DNA from: an uncultured archaeon
GTDB taxonomy: Archaea; Iainarchaeota; Iainarchaeia; Iainarchaeales; 0-14-0-20-30-16
Assembly: GCA_964565725.1 (NCBI GenBank)
Contig: CAZMGA010000019.1
Coordinates: forward strand, 1 to 11,088
Direction: 5' to 3'
Length of the DNA stretch: 11,088 bases
Shown here: piece after piece, positions 7,601 through 11,088 of the stretch
Numbering within the stretch: the stretch's first letter is position 1
How the letters are laid out: every line of letters begins with the position of its first letter
Translations under genes and position numbers: made by a program
The notes under the pieces: model-generated
What the model was told of the DNA's origin: nothing
Database searches by the model: none
The model's input: the letters and a program-made list of their open reading frames with translations, nothing else

Positions 7601-10410
7601 ATTACAGCATTATCTGAACTTACAAGATTTATTTTAGCATTAGAAATTTTGTTAGAACTATCAGAAATATCAAAAATAATTTGTTGACCTATATTGAAAG
7701 TATTTGCATTTAATTTTACTGTTAAAGGTTTTTGATTTTCAATATTAAAATTAAATTCTTTATTCATATTTAGTTCTTTAGAACTCATCAATATATTTCC
7801 TACACCCACATCATTAGTTCTAAAATATAATCTATATTTTTTATGTTCTCCTTTTAAGATTGACAAAGGAATATTCAAAGTGTTAAAGTTTAAATCTAAT
7901 GGTGAAAAATTAACTACATCATTACTAATATTATTTAATAATAATTTGTTAGTATTGTTATTTGTATTAAAATCAATATTAACATTTAAAGTTTCCAAAG
8001 CATAAAAATCAAAATCTAAAGCGTAAGTTTCATTTTTTATTGCTGAAAATGAATCATATTTTTTAAAACTATCAGAATATGAATAAGAATAACATAAATT
8101 TTGATTACAAGCAAACAAATCAGAAAAAACATTTATTGTTTCTTTTTTTGTTAAAGAATATAATCTTAACAATTTATTAGAATTTATTTCTGTATTTGGT
8201 TCACTATGATAAAGACCATCAAAAGAATTTACTCTATAATCTATATTGATATTTTCTAAATCTTTTGCATCATCTAATTTAATTTTTACTTTAATTTCAC
8301 TTAAACCTTTAGGATTATTAAAATACAAATTAACCCATTTATTTTTTATCCCGGGTCTTCCAAAAACTTTCAAATCTTTTACATTTGATTCTGTTGAATT
8401 TGGATTATAATGTAAACCATATTCTTTTATAGAATTAGATGAAATTACAGAATTAATACTATAAGGCAAGGAAATTATAGGAGTATCTTCTCCAACTCTA
8501 ATATGTACTTCCCCTTTATCTTGATTTCCAGGCCAAATTACAGTAAATTTTAAAAAATAATAATTACCTAATTTAACTCCATTAAGTTGATTTCCTTCTA
8601 AATCATAAACACCATCAAAACTTATTTTTGGATTTTTAGAACGTTCAAATTCATTTAATAAAACTTCCATTTCTTTTTCAACAGTCATTATTTTAGAATA
8701 AGATTCGTCATCATAAATTACATTTATTTCTACTTCTTTTGAACCGTTAGGATAAAATTCTATATTTCCTTCTAAAGTATTTCCATCAAATAATTTTGTA
8801 TTTCCTGACAATATTTGAACTTGTGCATTTTTTAATGGGTCTCCCAAAACATCATAAAAATAAACTTTACTCACATCTTCATTAGGAGTCATAACTAAAG
8901 AATAATTAGTTTCACCAGCGTTTAAGTCTAAATAATCTGACCCATATAATTTTTCACTTTGTGCACTAACCAATATTTTTTTATTAGCTTCTAAATTAAA
9001 AAATAAAGCGCCAGAAATAGATGTTTGTGTTTTTGTTAAATAAATAGGCAATGGAACATCATCTTCCATATAATATGCACTCACTTGAGATTGTACTGGT
9101 TTATTATCTATATCTACAGTAAATAATTGTAATCTTGCAATATTGTTAGGAGCCATTTTAGTTAAAACAATTGTTAATTGTTCTGTATTTGGGGTAATAG
9201 TTTTTACAGATGGAAAATAATTTCCAAATTCAGCAGTAGAAACATAACCACTTCTTTTTACATCTAAACCATTAAAATCTACAATTCCAAAAGCGTTAGT
9301 TATTTGTGTTGAAATTAATAACCCATTATCAGAATATAATGCAACATTTACACCTACTAATTCTTTATCTGTTTCATCTTTAACAATAACTTTTAAAGAG
9401 GTCCCACCAATACTTAAATTAATATTTATTGATTCTGCATCAGAAGTTAATTTTAAATTTCTACCATAATCTTCTGAATCCCATGTGATATATCCAGTTT
9501 TACTAACAACATATCTTACTATTGTTCCTTTCGGTATATTTTCTAATGCTTTTCCTTCATTATCAGTATAAATTTCAGAAAGTTTTTGTTGTGTTTTTGA
9601 ATTATATATTGTTATTAGCACATCTTTCAAAGGTTGATTATTAGAAGAAATATTAAAATTAATTGTTCCGGATTCTCCATTAGAAATTTCTTTTGGTTCT
9701 AAACCTAAATCTTTTAAGCCATTACCCGAAACACTTATTTGGTCATATAAATGATATCCATCTTTACTGATTATTACTTTTAAAGGTTGATTTAAAGGCA
9801 CATCTGTTAAATTTACATTACCAGATTCATCAGAAACACCAGAAAATAATAATGTGCCATCATCAGAAAAAATATTTATATCCGCATTAGGTACAAAGGT
9901 ATTATCTTTATTATCTAATAATCTAAAAGTCATTGAACCAGTTTCCAAATCTTTGCTTAAAACAAAAATTTGAGTTAGTTCTTTTGAAGAAATAACTATT
10001 TCTTCAGGTCCTACTAAATAATAATCTTCTAAATAAACATTAACTGTTAAAACATTTCCAATTTTTGTTTTAAATTTTATATTTTCAGAGCTCACTATTC
10101 CATTATAAACTACTTCTTCGCCAGATTTTAAAGTCAAAGTTATATTTGAAAGGGGATTTTGATCTTCATCTACAAAACTTAAAGACATATTTATTGTGCT
10201 ATTTACTGAGAAAAATAAAATTAAAAGAACGATTGCTACAATTAAAATTAAAATTATTAAATTAAACCACATTGGTGGAATTCCATGATTTTCTAAAAAA
10301 TCATTATATCTGTCAATAGGCAATCCTTTTTCTGATAAAAAGTCGCTCATAGCGTAATATTTTTCTTCTAATTTCGAATTAATATTTCTAAAAAAATCTC
10401 CAATCCCCAT
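1666..10410 (-). CDS. Giant (2,914 aa) N-terminally membrane-anchored surface protein: CarboxypepD_reg-like beta-sandwich repeats, unknown central domains, glycine-zipper hydrophobic pair, C-terminal lytic transglycosylase (SLT) + N-acetylmuramoyl-L-alanine amidase (Amidase_2)
   Basis: Uninterrupted ORF from ATG 10408-10410 to TGA 1666-1668, with an SD-like GAAAGGTG 7 nt upstream. Residues 1-47 are polar and residues 48-69 form a hydrophobic helix (WFNLIILILIVAIVLLILFFSV). Six ~80-aa repeats span res 74-585 and a seventh spans res 895-984, with signatures such as SDESGNVNLTDVP..KDGY, TDNEGKALENIPKGT..KTGY and NGKYVINELPSGIYNYKVSATGH. Glycine zippers lie at res 2005-2058. SLT motifs are present: E2517-S, GLGQL 2532-2536 and SYVVGPG 2638-2644. 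Amidase_2 motifs are present: FVVLH2750, SSHYYIGCSGEIFKLV, NTLSIAIDL and AH2868FELAAKGD2876P. My residue numbering was cross-checked by counting from both ends of the protein and against codons in the DNA. Confidence 0.95.
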   Translation of the reverse strand: MGIGDFFRNINSKLEEKYYAMSDFLSEKGLPIDRYNDFLENHGIPPMWFNLIILILIVAIVLLILFFSVNSTINMSLSFVDEDQNPLSNITLTLKSGEEVVYNGIVSSENIKFKTKIGNVLTVNVYLEDYYLVGPEEIVISSKELTQIFVLSKDLETGSMTFRLLDNKDNTFVPNADINIFSDDGTLLFSGVSDESGNVNLTDVPLNQPLKVIISKDGYHLYDQISVSGNGLKDLGLEPKEISNGESGTINFNISSNNQPLKDVLITIYNSKTQQKLSEIYTDNEGKALENIPKGTIVRYVVSKTGYITWDSEDYGRNLKLTSDAESININLSIGGTSLKVIVKDETDKELVGVNVALYSDNGLLISTQITNAFGIVDFNGLDVKRSGYVSTAEFGNYFPSVKTITPNTEQLTIVLTKMAPNNIARLQLFTVDIDNKPVQSQVSAYYMEDDVPLPIYLTKTQTSISGALFFNLEANKKILVSAQSEKLYGSDYLDLNAGETNYSLVMTPNEDVSKVYFYDVLGDPLKNAQVQILSGNTKLFDGNTLEGNIEFYPNGSKEVEINVIYDDESYSKIMTVEKEMEVLLNEFERSKNPKISFDGVYDLEGNQLNGVKLGNYYFLKFTVIWPGNQDKGEVHIRVGEDTPIISLPYSINSVISSNSIKEYGLHYNPNSTESNVKDLKVFGRPGIKNKWVNLYFNNPKGLSEIKVKIKLDDAKDLENINIDYRVNSFDGLYHSEPNTEINSNKLLRLYSLTKKETINVFSDLFACNQNLCYSYSYSDSFKKYDSFSAIKNETYALDFDFYALETLNVNIDFNTNNNTNKLLLNNISNDVVNFSPLDLNFNTLNIPLSILKGEHKKYRLYFRTNDVGVGNILMSSKELNMNKEFNFNIENQKPLTVKLNANTFNIGQQIIFDISDSSNKISNAKINLVSSDNAVIQYIEGNNTNNLGLNGKYVINELPSGIYNYKVSATGHNSTSGQFLITRTGVFDVDTEIEIKIPVGMKTRSYEIPFKNISKFNLKNIGLEIMRDDATNFNIDYRISTTNLMSSKTSKIIVNVSYDENDLAYGDQDIALTGIIDGGEIVRQVIHINYVANSNLDASCLAINPSKLPLILYDGVNQKVAGEIQIQNNCEVDISNLNPELVLRSNVNLAEIIDLQIPTTSIKKGDTKLVKYTFSLKSLISSNVNVEAFINFNTEYFQKQLPVTLNLVHSFGDLIISVSPSQLHNITTGQLNSVVLSIFNNGTTNLKNITISAQQYNNYIDQTMTSGNAMGLSNIGNSTVSNFYNPDSFILGNDYPFTNWDGTTQIKKTNVAMKILPRPTNLQILGPQQRMNSIISFGVEGLSFDSAFAEYVLVVKGTSVADNSQIVKYVPLFAQISSSTCVEFYANGTQNILKFKSTKLNINATTSNIVVINNCAESVRLNLPSVKNVSTQNILTLSSNNLVLTPGQRTEIKSVVAVKEKQDDSSVIDVFARGLSTNKTYAKKINYEFKFGDSAVSSSQEPTTKKTIKDCDTSEDTSLLYPKVAKSMDCSNAYCDGKLASEFISQKVNGYVKEYKNKLAVNSKDIKTCAESKCEFGNIGVEDSTFVVYLMEDNLSNEYFNNVLLEKIKTNLKTVNILPNNYSFENMKSTSNYNVLFIEPNFKGCGKYTVTLNGFFNVVDNIAQSDNYSIIVKFEKENTEECKRTVNNAALFLPLDTTILADSAFGFKPAFVYYDTKYTFKPLSDFVSKELFGTERVLDDRDNTLFLTKGDVGKNLIKLKFDNNNVVVVINENFNLEQDKDKKDLVNVIKSALQGNFTGCYNAKNNEFEVVSPSDSTTGQYELKGCNVLNVDYGDIDCTFTISGTKTGYGSFSFYPAQMEGYSAKIIDSIGNEVNDVSFVNASTKEYVLRVNFTDPNKAISYSENLPLKIIFTPTNGEEKQLIVKFKPCGVSPEAYLGGILNSDLSNKNYSALIYWEGEKEGINSCEVLNKLAQNKNISFSGKVSNNYCAANNTKAVVETLNKGLGLRVGVSSGVSAGVCMLAELAFKGKAMSPALWVEAGIECGVIVGSFAGSTLYANHRLNVYAGNSSRNALDKVHDSLNDFILTDWMFEDYEDSADAQKALKDSTDISYLNELEAAATGATVNAGVRGAEVGYTSVKNLANGTYSQNKLADEFIDMFVKKLSDPANKDIINNVTSKNELLKKFYNTDPKFAEVINKHNKQYKSSLDDLIKIIDEKINLTNKDTWDRIGNPKTITTPGTASTPDPSDVKRINEINKELTTKLGPKKGQLTNQIKACMGKTPPCPNLKQLNDDFLKIDTEIKKIQAERDVLKLKIKNLPNTPPATVVDDIDDDALKALIKDVESKTLTRTKIWNFAKGMLRGAVAGVLADLAYKGTSKLMTKESFNSAKSIEFILPDNFVRNHYYTMILTVDPNNENKYIGTVKELESNKILQNFCNTENITKGYISDGLIDNSGANTLAPIPTSTSSSNSTNATQPLIGCTHYKDLFIKYGDILKQKTNGKMDAKNLIAQTYKESRFNPMIVSQSYAVGLGQLKPETFCDLTKNIIKGKYSEFSSVFNFNSDDFKELNIKNFNELYDLTCNTGKMYQKEGGLLYDGKGILNKDPRTKAELSIMYQASLLYSIYTNKKDLELTVKSYVVGPGCVDSSGNIPDTNKCKGNQSKNQSIDLYWTEYLNYLNNESEKCLSYSALPKPITTKLGPELSKNLISIDSVMPLQTNYIKVNTKYFDDKRIAKNTTKRAAYGFVVLHDGGWEKSTYTDDVAVNNCIHDWDARKTSSHYYIGCSGEIFKLVSEDYGANHAGCKTNDKSCKDILINTLSIAIDLRHCINFGGYPYTLKQHESLKKLLKDIKDRGLIKDISDTAVIAHFELAAKGDPRSGFDWGYIGLSDHRTLKNNSPFILAYNNDLKSTGLS
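1741..2208 (-). other. Segment encoding the Amidase_2 (T7-lysozyme/PGRP-type N-acetylmuramoyl-L-alanine amidase) domain (res ~2735-2890)
   Basis: The putative Zn ligands are H2750 (codon 2161-2163), H2868 (1807-1809) and D2876 (1783-1785). The H-to-D/C spacing is 8, as in T7 lysozyme His122/Cys130. The conserved SSHYYIG..G.I..LV and N..SIAIDL blocks are also present. Confidence 0.85.
2476..2964 (-). other. Segment encoding the SLT (family-1 lytic transglycosylase) domain (res ~2483-2645)
   Basis: NLIAQTYKE2517SRFNP contains the catalytic Glu-Ser (Glu codon 2860-2862). AVGLGQLKPETF matches the GLMQ motif, and SYVVGPG matches the AYNxGxG motif. Confidence 0.85.
4237..4398 (-). other. Segment encoding paired glycine-zipper hydrophobic helices (res 2005-2058)
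   Basis: The sequence is GLGLRVGVSSGVSAGVCMLAELAF-KGKAMSP-ALWVEAGIECGVIVGSFAGSTLY. Helix 1 contains G2011xxxG2015xxxG2019 and helix 2 contains G2042xxxG2046xxxG2050xxxG2054. This region is a visibly GC-richer island in the DNA. Confidence 0.7.
8656..10191 (-). other. Segment encoding six tandem ~80-aa CarboxypepD_reg/PEGA-like beta-sandwich repeats (res 74-585)
   Basis: Each unit opens with an alternating hydrophobic strand plus D/N..P[LV]..[AV].[VI].[LI], for example LSFVDEDQNPLSNITLTL, LKVIVKDETDKELVGVNVALY and VYFYDVLGDPLKNAQVQIL. Most units contain a (T/S)DxxGxxx[FL] turn and a [KT]xGY strand. The repeats are diverged at the DNA level. Confidence 0.75.
10204..10269 (-). other. Segment encoding the single N-terminal transmembrane anchor of the giant protein (res 48-69)
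   Basis: A 22-residue uncharged hydrophobic run, WFNLIILILIVAIVLLILFFSV. It is preceded by a 47-aa charged tail and is the only such run in the first 2,000 residues. No signal-peptidase-like site follows it. Confidence 0.8.
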
Positions 10411-10417
10411 AAATATG

Positions 10418-10425
10418 CACCTTTC
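10418..10425 (-). promoter_or_regulatory. Shine-Dalgarno-like ribosome-binding site of the giant gene
   Basis: The minus strand reads GAAAGGTG-CATATTT-ATG. GAAAGG and GGTG are both complementary to the conserved 3' end of 16S rRNA, and the 7-nt spacing to the ATG is appropriate. Confidence 0.55.
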
Positions 10426-10461
10426 TAAATAATATTATATATATAAACATTTATAAAAACA
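10426..10461 (-). promoter_or_regulatory. Possible promoter in the 51-nt cls-giant gene spacer (TATA-like / -10-like A+T tract)
   Basis: The minus strand reads TGTTTTTATAAATGTTTATATATATAATATTATTTA. It contains TTTATATA (archaeal TATA-box-like) and TATAAT (bacterial -10-like). In a genome this AT-rich such strings are weak evidence. The giant gene may equally be co-transcribed with cls. Confidence 0.25.
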
Positions 10462-11088
10462 TTACAATAAAGGAGACAATAACCTAGCAAATGATTGCTT
10501 AAATTTAGTAAAAAAACTTTGTTTTCTCAAATCTACAATTTTTTGTTCTATTGTTTCATTTAAATCGTTTAAATAAATTTTTGTACAATTATCAGAAAAT
10601 TTTGAATTAAAAACAAAAGCTGTAACTTCAAAATCTAAATCTAAACTTCTAGAATCTAAATTTGTAGAACCTATAGCAACTACATCATCAGAAATAACTA
10701 ACTTATTGTGTAAAAAACCTTTTTGATATAAATAAATTTTAATTCCTGAAGACATTAACTCACTAAAATAAGTTTTAGTAGCCAAATCTACCCACAAACT
10801 ATCTGATTTTTGAGGCAAAATAATTTTTACATCTACGCCTTTCAAAGATGCAGATTTTAATGCAAACAACAAAGTTTCATCGGGTATAAAATAAGGTGTT
10901 TGAATATACAACTTTTTTTCTGAATTAGTAATTAACGAAAATAAAACAAATTTATTATTTGACCATTTTAAATCTGGCCCAGATGGAGTAATGTGAATTA
11001 CTGAATCTCCAAAATTATTTATTTTTGGATATAACTCTTTTGAATATATATTTTCCTTTTTAACAAAAGCCCAATCTTTAACAAATAT
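10462..11088 (-). CDS. cls: Cardiolipin synthase / phospholipase D-family phosphatidyltransferase, C-terminal part (5' end outside window)
   Basis: The supplied ORF begins at an internal TTG (10909-10911). My hand translation shows the same frame stays open for 59 more codons to the window edge (IFVKDWAFVKKENIYSKELYPKINNFGDSVIHITPSGPDLKWSNNKFVLFSLITNSEKK-LYIQTPYFIPD). The SGPD and TPYFIPD blocks are typical of Cls enzymes. An HKD motif is present, HNKLVISDDVVAIGSTNLDSRS (His codon 10708-10710), which would be the second of the two PLD motifs. The stop is TAA at 10462-10464. Confidence 0.85.
   Translation of the reverse strand: MFVKDWAFVKKENIYSKELYPKINNFGDSVIHITPSGPDLKWSNNKFVLFSLITNSEKKLYIQTPYFIPDETLLFALKSASLKGVDVKIILPQKSDSLWVDLATKTYFSELMSSGIKIYLYQKGFLHNKLVISDDVVAIGSTNLDSRSLDLDFEVTAFVFNSKFSDNCTKIYLNDLNETIEQKIVDLRKQSFFTKFKQSFARLLSPLL

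Noticed and set aside
1666-10410. Very high density of N-x-S/T sequons across the extracellular part of the giant protein, as evidence for heavy N-glycosylation.
   Set aside because: The protein is extremely rich in Asn, Ser and Thr because of genome composition, so many sequons are expected by chance. I cannot compute enrichment here. This remains plausible but unsupported.
10426-10461. TTTATATA and TATAAT strings upstream of the giant gene, used as a domain-of-life discriminator (archaeal TATA box versus bacterial -10).
   Set aside because: Both patterns occur in the same 36 nt and are near-inevitable in A+T-only spacer sequence. I kept the region only as a low-confidence regulatory feature and do not use it to argue lineage.
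1-11088. Search for mobile-element hallmarks, CRISPR repeats, tRNA/rRNA or other structured RNA genes.
   Set aside because: I saw no spaced direct repeats, no terminal inverted repeats, no transposase-, integrase- or Cas-like ORFs, and no GC-rich stem-forming segment outside coding sequence. The only non-coding stretch is 51 nt.

Overview
This window is extremely AT-rich (by eye about one quarter G+C) and almost gap-free in coding. It reads cleanly in the standard genetic code and looks like part of a small, compact prokaryotic genome. I support four genes. The first is the last 40 codons of an unidentified + strand CDS (2-124). The other three are co-directional on the minus strand: the 3' part of a PLD-type cardiolipin synthase that runs off the window (10462-11088), one 8,745-nt gene encoding a 2,914-aa protein (1666-10410), and a tightly coupled 514-aa secreted SGNH/GDSL hydrolase (125-1669). 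The giant protein is the main point of interest. It has a short cytoplasmic tail and a single N-terminal TM anchor. These are followed by about 1,900 aa of beta-sandwich and unknown extracellular domains, including at least seven CarboxypepD_reg-like repeats. Near the C-terminus come a pair of glycine-zipper (GxxxGxxxG) hydrophobic helices, a helical/coiled-coil segment, a family-1 lytic transglycosylase (SLT) domain and an Amidase_2 (N-acetylmuramoyl-L-alanine amidase) domain, both with intact catalytic signatures. Together with the downstream esterase-type hydrolase, this reads as a membrane-tethered, long-reach murein-breaching apparatus. I could not match it as a whole to any described system. 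My interpretation is a contact-dependent device for attacking or penetrating a peptidoglycan-bearing partner cell, and this is inference. I saw no tRNA, rRNA, CRISPR array, transposase or inverted-repeat-bounded element. All domain calls come from motif recognition by eye, not from HMM searches.
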